NCBI GenBank assembly: GCA_046597055.1
Contig: JBKJLC010000097.1
Location: 1 to 42,024 of the forward strand
Direction of reading: 5' to 3'
DNA length: 42,024 nt
Source of the DNA: Kofleriaceae bacterium
GTDB taxonomy: Bacteria; Myxococcota_A; Polyangia; Haliangiales; Haliangiaceae
The position numbers were made by a program, and so were the translations under genes. The notes below the pieces were generated by a model. That model saw only the letters and a list, made by a program, of their open reading frames with translations. It ran no database searches and had not been told where the DNA came from. This document shows positions 27,325 through 35,791 of this stretch, one piece after another; within the stretch, counting starts at the first letter, position 1, and each line of letters opens with the position of its first letter.

Positions 27325-28404
27325 TCAGCGCAGCAGCACGAGCATGGCGGAGTGCTCCCATCCGGGTTCGGTATGGGAGCCGCCGTCGTATTCGCATCCG
27401 GTGCCGAGCGCGCATCCCGCGCAGCTTGGCGCGTCGGGACGACACGTGTTCTCGTAGGTCGCCACGTCGTAGCGGATCGTCAGCGGTCCGGCGGGCACGG
27501 GGGCGTCCACCGTCCACGGCGTCACCATCGCGCCCGGACACCAGCCGGCGCGCGGGTAACGCCAGGTGCCCTGCTGGTTCGGCACCGCGGTGGTCGGGCA
27601 GTCGTCGCGCCACAGCAGGCGCGTGCTCGGCGTGGCGCCGATGGTGAACGTGTGGTCGCGCTGGCAGAACTCGGCGCAGTTGCCCGCATTGCCCTGGCCG
27701 TGGCCCGTGACCAGCGCCCTGACCCGCACACCCGTCAGGCCCGCCGGGAGGTCGGCGATGGTCGCGGTCACGTCGACCGGCCGTGCCGGATCCCCATACA
27801 CGACGCGCTGCGGTGCCCACAGCGGCACCACCGCGATCGGATCCGGCGTCGGGACGCCGGCCTCGAACTCGAACGCGGCATCGACCAGCCAGCCCGCGCC
27901 GTTGGCGTGGCCGGGCCCGACCCAGGTGTCAATGAACACGCGCATCGTCTGCGGGCCCTCGAGCACGCGCTGGAGATCGGTCACGTCGACGGTGAACTGG
28001 CCGCCGACCCGGTACGGCGTCATGAAGCGCGCGAGCTCGAGCTCGACCGGCTCGGTGGTGCCGGCCGGACCCGCGTGCAGGATCGAGATCCGGGCCAGCC
28101 GATCCCACCAGTCGCAGCCGCCGGTCGGGCAGCGCAGGCCGAGCCGCAGCGTGACCTTGCGGTAGCGCAGGCCGACCGCCGGGAAGGTCACCTGAGCGTC
28201 GACCGTTCGCCGGTTGGGATCGCCGAAGTACACGTGGGCGCCGTCGAACGCGACCACGGTCCCGTCGACGCCGACCGTGACCTCGGTGGCATCGACCGGG
28301 CCCGGACCGGTCGATCCGCCGCCACCGCAAGCGGCCGATCCGGCGAGGATTAGGCTGGCCAGACCGAGCGGACCGGCAAGAAGCGACGACAGGGGCCTGC
28401 GCAT
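27325..28404 (-). CDS. Peptide-N-glycosidase F-like lipoprotein
   Basis: Lipobox-like SAAC; CDWWDR, ELARFMTPY, TGHG..GNCAEFC and WRYPRAGWCPG motifs typical of the PNGase F family. Confidence 0.85.
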   Translation of the reverse strand: MRRPLSSLLAGPLGLASLILAGSAACGGGGSTGPGPVDATEVTVGVDGTVVAFDGAHVYFGDPNRRTVDAQVTFPAVGLRYRKVTLRLGLRCPTGGCDWWDRLARISILHAGPAGTTEPVELELARFMTPYRVGGQFTVDVTDLQRVLEGPQTMRVFIDTWVGPGHANGAGWLVDAAFEFEAGVPTPDPIAVVPLWAPQRVVYGDPARPVDVTATIADLPAGLTGVRVRALVTGHGQGNAGNCAEFCQRDHTFTIGATPSTRLLWRDDCPTTAVPNQQGTWRYPRAGWCPGAMVTPWTVDAPVPAGPLTIRYDVATYENTCRPDAPSCAGCALGTGCEYDGGSHTEPGWEHSAMLVLLR

Positions 28405-28469
28405 GGCACCGACCCTATCAAACCCGCACCGGTGCGAGCGACTTGGAGGCGCCTCGGGCCGCGGATCCG

Positions 28470-30035
28470 CTAGCGGGGCAGGAGGCTGACCTCACCGCGC
28501 CGCCGCATGTCGGCGCGGTGATCTTCGATCATCTTGACGAACAGCTCGGACAGCTCGGGGTCGAACTGGGTCCCGGCGCAGCGGTCGATCTCGCCGATCG
28601 CGACCTCGTGGGGCAGGGCCCGACGGTAGGCCCGGTCCGAGGTCATCGCGTCGTAGGCGTCGGCGATCGCGATGATGCGGCCGACCAGCGGGATGTTGTG
28701 CCCGGACAGCCCGCGCGGATACCCACCGCCGTCCCACCACTCGTGGTGGCACCAGCAGCCGTCGATGAGCCCGTGCAGGCACGGCACCGGGTCGAGGATG
28801 CGCTTGCCCTTCTCGGGGTGCTGCCGGAAGACCTTCACCTCCTCGGGGGTCAGCTTGCCCGGCTTGTTGAGCATGTCGTAGCGGACGCCGAGCTTGCCGA
28901 TATCGTGCATGACGCCGGCCTCGACGATGCGCTGGACCTCGGTGCCGGGCAGCGTGAGGCCGCGCGCGATGATCTCGGCGTACCGGGCGACCCGCTCGCT
29001 GTGGCCGCGGGTGTAGAGGTCGGTCTCCTCGAGCGCCTGGGCGAAGCCGGCGACCGTCGACTGGAACGTCTCCTCGAGGGTCTCGTTGGCGAGCCGGAGA
29101 TCCTCGTTGCGCACGCGCAGGTCGTCGTAGAGGCGCGCGTTGTCGATCGCGCTGGCCGCGCGCGACCCGAGCACCGTCAGCATCTTGCGGTGGCCTTCGT
29201 CGAACTTCTTGCCGCGGGTGAAGCTGTAGACGTTGAGCACGCCGATCACCGCGGCGCCGACCTGCAGCGGCACGCTGAGGAACGACTGCAGCTCGCCGCC
29301 GTTGCCGCCCTTGATGGTGCCGGGCCCGAGGGCGCCGATGAAGAACCGGCTGGCGCTCTCGCCGTGCGAGACCACCGGCTGGCCGCGATCGAAGCGCTCG
29401 ACCAGCGTGTCGAACGCCGGCGACGGCAGCTCGGGCACGTGGGCGGTGCTGCTGACCAGCTTGACCCGCTCCTCGTAGCGCCCGGTGCGCAGGTCGCGCA
29501 GGTGCAAGGTCGCGACGTCGGCGTCGGTCTCCTTGAGCGCGGCCTGCAGGATCGTGTCGAGGATGTGATCGAGATCGACCGAGGTCGCGAGCGCCTCGCT
29601 GACCTGATAGATCGTCAGCGCCTCGCGCAGGCGGATGTTCTCGGTCTGCAGCTGCTGGCGGTACAGGCCGCGCTGCACGACGTGGATGACCTCCTCGACC
29701 TTGAACGGCTTGAGGATGTAGTCGTACGCGCCGCGCTTCATCGCCTCGATCGCGGTCTCGACCGTGCCGAAGCCGGTCATGATCACGGTGAGGACGTTGA
29801 TGTTCTCCTCGGCCAGCTTCTCGAGCAGCTGGAGCCCCGATAGCCGGGGCATCTTCAGGTCCGAGATGACCATGTCGTAGGGCCGGAGGCGCAGCTCCTC
29901 GAGCGCCTTCTGGCCGTCTTCGACCGCCCCGACCGTGTACCCCTCGAGCATCAGGAACTCGGCGAGGATCTCGCGGATCACCTTCTCGTCGTCGACGACG
30001 AGAATCCGCGCGGCCTCACTCTCGGTTCCCGACAT
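28470..30035 (-). CDS. REC-GAF-HD-GYP response regulator (cyclic dinucleotide phosphodiesterase)
   Basis: VVDDE/DLKMP receiver, GAF region, GHSERV, HDIGK, HHEWWDGGGYP and DAYDAMTSDRAYR. Confidence 0.95.
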   Translation of the reverse strand: MSGTESEAARILVVDDEKVIREILAEFLMLEGYTVGAVEDGQKALEELRLRPYDMVISDLKMPRLSGLQLLEKLAEENINVLTVIMTGFGTVETAIEAMKRGAYDYILKPFKVEEVIHVVQRGLYRQQLQTENIRLREALTIYQVSEALATSVDLDHILDTILQAALKETDADVATLHLRDLRTGRYEERVKLVSSTAHVPELPSPAFDTLVERFDRGQPVVSHGESASRFFIGALGPGTIKGGNGGELQSFLSVPLQVGAAVIGVLNVYSFTRGKKFDEGHRKMLTVLGSRAASAIDNARLYDDLRVRNEDLRLANETLEETFQSTVAGFAQALEETDLYTRGHSERVARYAEIIARGLTLPGTEVQRIVEAGVMHDIGKLGVRYDMLNKPGKLTPEEVKVFRQHPEKGKRILDPVPCLHGLIDGCWCHHEWWDGGGYPRGLSGHNIPLVGRIIAIADAYDAMTSDRAYRRALPHEVAIGEIDRCAGTQFDPELSELFVKMIEDHRADMRRRGEVSLLPR

Positions 30036-30055
30036 GGCTGGTCCCGGGGACTGGC

Positions 30056-30865
30056 TTATTCGGAGTCGGTCGGCGACGCGTCGCTGCCACCACCGATGGT
30101 GGTGCCGCCCGCGCCCGAGGTCGGATCGTTGCTCGGGATTTCGCGGGTCGACATTGGATCCGGGAACTGGCTGGTCTTGCCGAGGGTCTTGTCGGCCTGG
30201 CCCTGGATCGCCAGCCAGCGATCGCGGGCCTCGGCCGCCTTGTTGCGGAGCTCCTCGGCCGTGCGCCGCGACGACTCGCTGCGCTTGCTGCGGTCGGCCT
30301 CCTGCTTGACGTAGTCGTCGTGGTTGAAGCCGGCCGGCGCGATGTTGTTCTTCTGGGCCAGCTTGGCCTTGGCCAGCTCGTACTGCGATTCGCGCCAGTA
30401 CGTATTCTCCTCGGTGTAGCGATGGAGGCGCTTCAGCCAGTCGCGATAGGCGGAGTAGTACTTCACCCGCTCGTCAGAGGCATTCTTGGCGAGCTCGGCG
30501 CCGCGCTTCTCGCGGGTGGCGTCGTTGATGCGATTGGTGTCGGCTGACGCCTGGGCCGCCTTCATGTTGCTCTGGGCCGACTGCTCGTCGAGCTGGGCCG
30601 CCTTGGCCTCGTTCCTGGCGACGTCGACCATCAGCTGCGACTCGCGTAGATCGGCCTCGGCCTTCGACTTCTCGCGCTGGGCGACGTTGAAGTCGTTCTG
30701 CGCCTTGATGATGTCGCCCTGCTGGTCGACCGGCTGCGATGCGATGTAGCTGTCCTGGAAGTGGCGTCCGAGGGGCGGCGGCGGTCCGTCGGACGAGCCG
30801 CCACAGGCGGCCCCGGCCAGCCCGCAACCGACAACGAACACGAGTGAAAGGAAGGGTCTCCGCAT
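30056..30865 (-). CDS. Coiled-coil lipoprotein (hypothetical)
   Basis: MRRPFLSLVFVVGCGLAGAAC signal/lipobox followed by a long Ala/Gln/Lys/Glu helical region; TAGTCT 8 nt upstream of the ATG. Confidence 0.8.
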   Translation of the reverse strand: MRRPFLSLVFVVGCGLAGAACGGSSDGPPPPLGRHFQDSYIASQPVDQQGDIIKAQNDFNVAQREKSKAEADLRESQLMVDVARNEAKAAQLDEQSAQSNMKAAQASADTNRINDATREKRGAELAKNASDERVKYYSAYRDWLKRLHRYTEENTYWRESQYELAKAKLAQKNNIAPAGFNHDDYVKQEADRSKRSESSRRTAEELRNKAAEARDRWLAIQGQADKTLGKTSQFPDPMSTREIPSNDPTSGAGGTTIGGGSDASPTDSE

Positions 30866-30916
30866 CGGCTGCGAGACTACTACGGCGTGGCGGTTCGGGG
30901 CTACCATCCCGTGCGC

Positions 30917-31729
30917 ATGACCTGTCTCCTGGCTGTCGACGTCGGCAACACGAACACCGTGCTCGGGGTGTTTCGCGGGGCCGACCTGTTCGCGCACTGG
31001 CGCATCGAGACCCGCGCCTCGCGCACGTCCGACGAGTACGCCGTGCTGGTCCGGTCCCTGCTGGAGCTCGAGGGGTTTGCCTGGGGTAGCCTCGACGCCG
31101 GCATCATCTCGTCGGTGGTGCCACCGGCGGTGTTCGGCATCCAGCGCTTCTTCAAGCAGTACCTGGGCGCACCGGCGGTGGTGGTCGGGCCCGGCATCAA
31201 GACCGGCATGCCGATCTTGTACGAGAACCCGCGGGAGGTCGGCGCCGATCGCATCGTCAACGCGGTCGCGGCGTTCGAGCAGGTCCGCGGCGGCTGCATC
31301 GTCGTCGATTTCGGCACCGCCACCACCTGGGACGTCGTCACGCCGCGCGGCGAGTATCTCGGCGGCGTGATCGCGCCGGGAGTGCAGATCAGCGCCGAGG
31401 CGCTGTACTCGCACGCGGCCAAGCTGCCGCGCGTCGAGATCGCGCGGCCGGGCAAGGTGATCGGGCGCAACACGGTGTCGTCGATGCAGGCCGGTCTCCT
31501 GTATGGCTACGCCGGCATGGTCGACGCCCTGGTCGGACGCATCCGCGCCGAGGTCGACTTTCCGGCCCGGTGCCTGGCGACCGGCGGGCTCGCCGAGCTG
31601 GTCGCGTCGGAGTCGACCACGATCGAGACCACCGACGAGCTCCTCACGCTCAAGGGTCTCAAGATCCTCTACGACCGGAACCTCGCCGCGCACCACACCA
31701 CGGGCGGCGTGCACGGGGTCGGGGGCTGA
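30917..31729 (+). CDS. coaX: Type III pantothenate kinase
   Basis: LLAVDVGNTNT, SSVVP, GADRIVNA, VDFGTATT, GGVIAPG and ATGG. Confidence 0.97.
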   Translation: MTCLLAVDVGNTNTVLGVFRGADLFAHWRIETRASRTSDEYAVLVRSLLELEGFAWGSLDAGIISSVVPPAVFGIQRFFKQYLGAPAVVVGPGIKTGMPILYENPREVGADRIVNAVAAFEQVRGGCIVVDFGTATTWDVVTPRGEYLGGVIAPGVQISAEALYSHAAKLPRVEIARPGKVIGRNTVSSMQAGLLYGYAGMVDALVGRIRAEVDFPARCLATGGLAELVASESTTIETTDELLTLKGLKILYDRNLAAHHTTGGVHGVGG

Positions 31730-31730
31730 C

Positions 31731-32867
31731 ATGGCCGCCCCGACCGAACCGCTCGACCCGGCGGCGCTCGCGCGCCTGTCACCCGCCGCGCAGAAGGCGC
31801 TGACCCCCGGCCCGGGCCGGATGATGGCGTCGCGCGGCATGGTGCCGTTGCCGCGTGCCGCCGAGCTGGCCGCGGTGCTCTACCAGCTGGTCGTGATCGA
31901 TCCGTCGGTGGCGGGGCCGGCGCAGGCGACCGCCGATGGGCTGCCCGAGAAGGTGATCGCCGGCGTCCTCACCGATCCCGACGCCGACCCGCGGGTGCTC
32001 GACTGGCTGTCGGTCCGGGCGGCCAAGGTGCCGGCGCTGTTCGAGGCGCTGGTCCTCAACCCGACCACCGCCGACGCCACCATCGTCGCCCTGACCGCTC
32101 GGGGCACCGCGGCCCAGGTCGACCTGATCGCCGGCAACGAGGAGCGCCTGCTGCGCTGCCCCGACGTGGTCGCCGCGATGTACACCAACCCCAACGCGCG
32201 CATGTCGACGGTCGACCGCGCGGTCGAGCTGGCGGTCCGCAACGGGATCCGGGTCACCGGCATCGCCGCGTGGGACGAGCTGGCCCGGGTGGTCTCGTCG
32301 GGCAGCAGCGGCGGCGCGGCGTCGACCACCGACGTCGACGCGATGTTCGCCCAGGCGCTGGCCGGGGTCGCCAAGGTCGACGACAGCACCATCCTCACCG
32401 GCAGCGCCGATGACGCCGCCGTGGTCCCCGAGGGCGAGGACGTGCTGCCGGCGGTCGACGAGGCCAAGATCCCGATCAGCAAGATGACGATCCCGATGAA
32501 GATCCGGCTCGCGACGCTCGGCAACGCGTTCGCGCGGGCCGTGCTGATCCGTGATCCGCTGAAGTTGGTGGCGGTGGCGGCGATCAAGTCGCCGGGCGTG
32601 ACCGACCTCGAGGCGGCCAAGTACGCCGGTAACCACTCGCTGCCCGAGGACGTAGTGCGCTTCATCGCCCAGCGCCGGGACTGGACCCGGCTCTACACGG
32701 TGAAGAAGCTGTTGATCCTGAACCCGAAGACGCCGATGGCCGAGTCGTCGAAGCTGCTCATCCACATGCGCGACAACGATCTGCGCCAGATCGCCAAGTC
32801 GCGCGGCGTGCCGTCGGCGGTGGTGGCCCAGGCCCGCAAGATCCTCCTGCAGCGCGGGGGCAAGTGA
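31731..32867 (+). CDS. Conserved hypothetical helical-repeat protein downstream of coaX
   Basis: ATG 1 nt after the coaX stop; C-terminal KIRLATLGNAFARAVLIRD...SP...NPKTP pattern recalled from deltaproteobacterial hypotheticals. Confidence 0.8.
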   Translation: MAAPTEPLDPAALARLSPAAQKALTPGPGRMMASRGMVPLPRAAELAAVLYQLVVIDPSVAGPAQATADGLPEKVIAGVLTDPDADPRVLDWLSVRAAKVPALFEALVLNPTTADATIVALTARGTAAQVDLIAGNEERLLRCPDVVAAMYTNPNARMSTVDRAVELAVRNGIRVTGIAAWDELARVVSSGSSGGAASTTDVDAMFAQALAGVAKVDDSTILTGSADDAAVVPEGEDVLPAVDEAKIPISKMTIPMKIRLATLGNAFARAVLIRDPLKLVAVAAIKSPGVTDLEAAKYAGNHSLPEDVVRFIAQRRDWTRLYTVKKLLILNPKTPMAESSKLLIHMRDNDLRQIAKSRGVPSAVVAQARKILLQRGGK

Positions 32868-33388
32868 GCGGACCGGCCTCGGTTCCTCGCCGCTTTCTCG
32901 ACCGCTGGGGCCTGGCGCTGGCGGCGCCGCGCGCGGCGATGCGGATCGCGGACGAGCCGGCGTGGTCGGGGCGGGCCGCCGGCGATCTGCTGCGCGCGCT
33001 GGTGGTCGTGCTGGTCGTCGCCCACACGCGCGAGCTGGTCGCCGCAGCCTGGATCGCGTTCGAGCTGTCGCTCGGCGACGCCTGGCCTGGGTTGATGCGC
33101 GCGGTGTCGGGCGCGGCGGTGTTCGGCCTGGTGTTCGTCGTGGTGGTGACCCCGGTGGTGTCGCTGTGCGCGGGGCGCCGGCGCAACCTCGGCCGCGACT
33201 TCGACCTCGGCTGCGTCGCCGCGCTGGTGCCGGTCACGGTCGCGATGATCGCGACGCTGATCGCGCGGATCGGGTTCGCCGCCGATGGCTTCGGCCCGAC
33301 CCAGCGCGCGGTGGTGCTGCTGGTCGCGCTCGGCTGGGGCGGCGCGGTGGCGGCGGTCGCGATCGCCCAGGCGCGGAGTCGGGCGTGA
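32864..33388 (+). CDS. Hypothetical membrane protein (Yip1-like topology)
   Basis: GTGA overlaps at both ends; 4-5 hydrophobic helices. Confidence 0.7.
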   Translation: MSGPASVPRRFLDRWGLALAAPRAAMRIADEPAWSGRAAGDLLRALVVVLVVAHTRELVAAAWIAFELSLGDAWPGLMRAVSGAAVFGLVFVVVVTPVVSLCAGRRRNLGRDFDLGCVAALVPVTVAMIATLIARIGFAADGFGPTQRAVVLLVALGWGGAVAAVAIAQARSRA

Positions 33389-33969
33389 CGGGCGCGGTCG
33401 GCGCCCTCGGGGCGGGGGAGCAGCAGCGCGGCCGGCGGGCCGGCTGGGCGATCGCGCTGATCGCCGCGGCGACGCTGGTGGTGAACCTGACCTGGATCGT
33501 CGGACACCTCGACTGGCTGCGACCGCTCGAGCCGGGGCAGGCGGCGCCCGCCTTCGAGTTGCCGGTGGTCGGTGCCGGCGGCGCGCCGACCGGCGAGCGC
33601 GTCACCCGCGATGGCCTGCGCGGCAAGGTCGTCGTGCTCGAATTCTGGGCCACCTGGTGCGGCCCGTGCCTCGCGTCGTTGCCGCGGCTGGCCCGGTCGG
33701 CCGGAGGCTGGGGCGATGGCGCGGTCGCGCTGGCGGTCAACCTCGACGATGCCGCGAAGGCGCGCACCCTCCTCGACGCCCCGCCGCTGGCCGGCTCGCC
33801 GCTGGTGCTGGTCAGCGATGCCGGCGACGCGGCGACCCGCTTCCAGGTCGAGGTGCTGCCGCACGTGGTCGTGATCGATCAGCACGGCGTGGTGCGCATG
33901 GTCGGGCGCGGCGGCGCGGCGGTGGCCGAGGCCGAGCGCGCGGTCACCAGGCTGCTGGCCACGCCTTAG
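33385..33969 (+). CDS. TlpA-family disulfide reductase, membrane anchored
   Basis: N-terminal TM, APAFEL, GKVVVLEFWATWCGPC and LPHVVVIDQHG. Confidence 0.93.
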   Translation: MTGAVGALGAGEQQRGRRAGWAIALIAAATLVVNLTWIVGHLDWLRPLEPGQAAPAFELPVVGAGGAPTGERVTRDGLRGKVVVLEFWATWCGPCLASLPRLARSAGGWGDGAVALAVNLDDAAKARTLLDAPPLAGSPLVLVSDAGDAATRFQVEVLPHVVVIDQHGVVRMVGRGGAAVAEAERAVTRLLATP

Positions 33970-34128
33970 GGCCCGCGAATGAGATGCGTGAATGCCAGAG
34001 CTCACGTGACCGCCTTGGTCTTGGTACGCACGGGCCGCGCCACCGGGAGTGCGCCCGCGGCTTATGGAAGTGCTTCGATGCGTCGGGGCCTGCGCCGCGG
34101 CGATGGCGGGCCGTGCTATCCAGGGTCC

Positions 34129-34332
34129 ATGGCTCCGGGCTCGATGTCGTGTGCGAGCTGCCGCAAGGCGATCGCCGCGGACGCGCGCCACGTGCGTTGC
34201 ACGGTCGCGTCGTGCAACACCGGACGTCAGAAGCTGCGGTTCTGCAACGTGAAGTGCTGGGAGGCCCACGTGCCGACGGCGCGCCACCGCAACGCCGGGT
34301 TCGTCGAAGAGGGCGGCCCGAGCCCTGACTGA
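34129..34332 (+). CDS. Small Cys/His-rich zinc-finger protein
   Basis: CASC-x12-CTVASC-x9-CNVKCWEAH-x5-H in 67 aa; TG-N-TATCCA 6 nt upstream of the ATG. Confidence 0.75.
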   Translation: MAPGSMSCASCRKAIAADARHVRCTVASCNTGRQKLRFCNVKCWEAHVPTARHRNAGFVEEGGPSPD

Positions 34333-34334
34333 AG

Positions 34335-34568
34335 AGGTGCCGAGAAATGCGCCCTGGGCATGGTTCGACACCTCGGAAGTCGCGAGCCCGCGAGCGACGA
34401 TGCCGTAGCCGGCGTGGCCGGCGCAGCCGGCAAGCCGATCGACAATAGATGTCGAGGCTTTGATCGGCACGGCACCGGTCGAAGCGGTGAGCTCGACAAC
34501 GTGAGGTGCTGACCGGCCACGGCGGTCCGCCTGGCCACGTGCGGCCGGGGAGGGCGGGTGGGTTTTTT
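34335..34568 (+). ncRNA. Candidate structured RNA ending in a hairpin plus T6
   Basis: Multiple nested complementary segments (see findings); no recognised family; strand inferred only from the T-tract. Confidence 0.3.
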
Positions 34569-34611
34569 GCGGGCACGAGATCGCGCGTGGTACCGTTTTT
34601 TCGTTGCGGCT

Positions 34612-34627
34612 CGGCACGTGCATTGCT
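34612..34627 (+). promoter_or_regulatory. sigma54 promoter of the Fam20-like kinase unit
   Basis: CGGCACGTGCATTGCT, near consensus (YGGCAC-N5-TTGC). Confidence 0.75.
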
Positions 34628-34645
34628 TTCGAGGTCGTCGCCGGG

Positions 34646-35791
34646 TTGTCCACACTCGCTGGACTGTCGCTGGGGACCGCGTACGCGTTCGGCAGCCTGC
34701 GCGGCTCGGTCGACTCGACCACCCACCCGCCAGCCGCGGTCGTGCGCCCGAAGGTGGTCACGCCCGGCCCGGCGCCCACGCCCGACCGACCGCCGGCGAT
34801 CACCCAGCGCCTCGCGGTGCCGCCGCCCGTGGTGACCGCGCCGGGGGGCGCGGCCGTGACCGAGGTCGCGCCCGATCGCGCGCGGGCCGAGGTCGGGTCG
34901 GCGGTCGGCGCCGGTGCCGACTGGGCGTTCGTGGGCGTGCCCGACGAGGAGCTGCTCGCGCCGCTCCGCACCGGCACGCTGAAGTCGGTCAAGTTCAATC
35001 GCGGCGGCACCACGCTGTCGATGCGCCTCGAGCTCGACAACGGCGCGCGCGCCGCGTTCAAGCCCGACCAGGTCATCTTGCAGCTGCCGCGCCGCGAGAT
35101 CGCCGCGTACCGGCTCGATCGCCTGCTCGGCATCGGTCGGGTGCCGCCCGCCATCGCGCGCAGCTTCCCGCTCGCGGACCTGATCGCGGCGGTCGACCCC
35201 GCCCACCGCGGCGGCATCGGCCGGCTGCGCACCGACGCGGTCGCCCGCAACGGCATCGTGCGCGGCGAGATGTCGTGGTGGATCCCCGTCATCAGCGACG
35301 TCTACATCGGTGCGGCGCGCCTCGACGAGACCGACGCGATCGTGACCTGGCGGCGGTGGCTGCGGATCGACGCCCGGATCCCGGCCGATCGGGTCGGCCT
35401 GGCTCACCAGGTGTCGGCGATGACCCTGTTCGACTTCCTCACCGACAACCTCGATCGCTGGAGCGGCAACAACTCCAAGACGTCGAAGGACGGCACCGTC
35501 CTCTACTTCATGGACAACACGCTGTCGTTCGGCCGCGCGATGAAGGGTAGCTACCGGACCCGGCGCTACCTCGAGCGCTGCCAGGTGTTCTCGCGCCGCG
35601 TGGTCGGCCGCCTGCGCGCGCTCGACGACGCGACGCTGCAGGCCGCGCTCGCGGTCGACCGCGGGCCCTACGACGAGCTCCTGACCAGGCGGGAGATCGC
35701 CGCCGTGCTCGGCCGGCGCGCGGTCGCGCTCGGGTACATCGACCAGCTGATCGCGACCCATGGCGAGGACAAGGTGCTCGCGTTCCCATGA
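34646..35791 (+). CDS. Fam20C/Four-jointed-like (secretory-pathway type) kinase
   Basis: GGT, AAFKP, REIAAYRLDRLLG.GRVPP, GEMSWWIP, LFDFLTDNLDR and FMDN..SFG in Fam20 order; hydrophobic N-terminus and Pro-rich linker. Start is either TTG 34646 (after the sigma54 site) or TTG 34604. Confidence 0.8.
   Translation: MSTLAGLSLGTAYAFGSLRGSVDSTTHPPAAVVRPKVVTPGPAPTPDRPPAITQRLAVPPPVVTAPGGAAVTEVAPDRARAEVGSAVGAGADWAFVGVPDEELLAPLRTGTLKSVKFNRGGTTLSMRLELDNGARAAFKPDQVILQLPRREIAAYRLDRLLGIGRVPPAIARSFPLADLIAAVDPAHRGGIGRLRTDAVARNGIVRGEMSWWIPVISDVYIGAARLDETDAIVTWRRWLRIDARIPADRVGLAHQVSAMTLFDFLTDNLDRWSGNNSKTSKDGTVLYFMDNTLSFGRAMKGSYRTRRYLERCQVFSRRVVGRLRALDDATLQAALAVDRGPYDELLTRREIAAVLGRRAVALGYIDQLIATHGEDKVLAFP

Noticed and set aside
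34332..34515. Lysine riboswitch (AGAGGTGC start, AATAGATG loop)
   Set aside because: The conserved AGUA loop-E, GAAAGG/CGCCGAA and CUGUC elements are not found, the downstream gene is unrelated to lysine, and it has its own sigma54 promoter. Kept only as an unknown structured segment.
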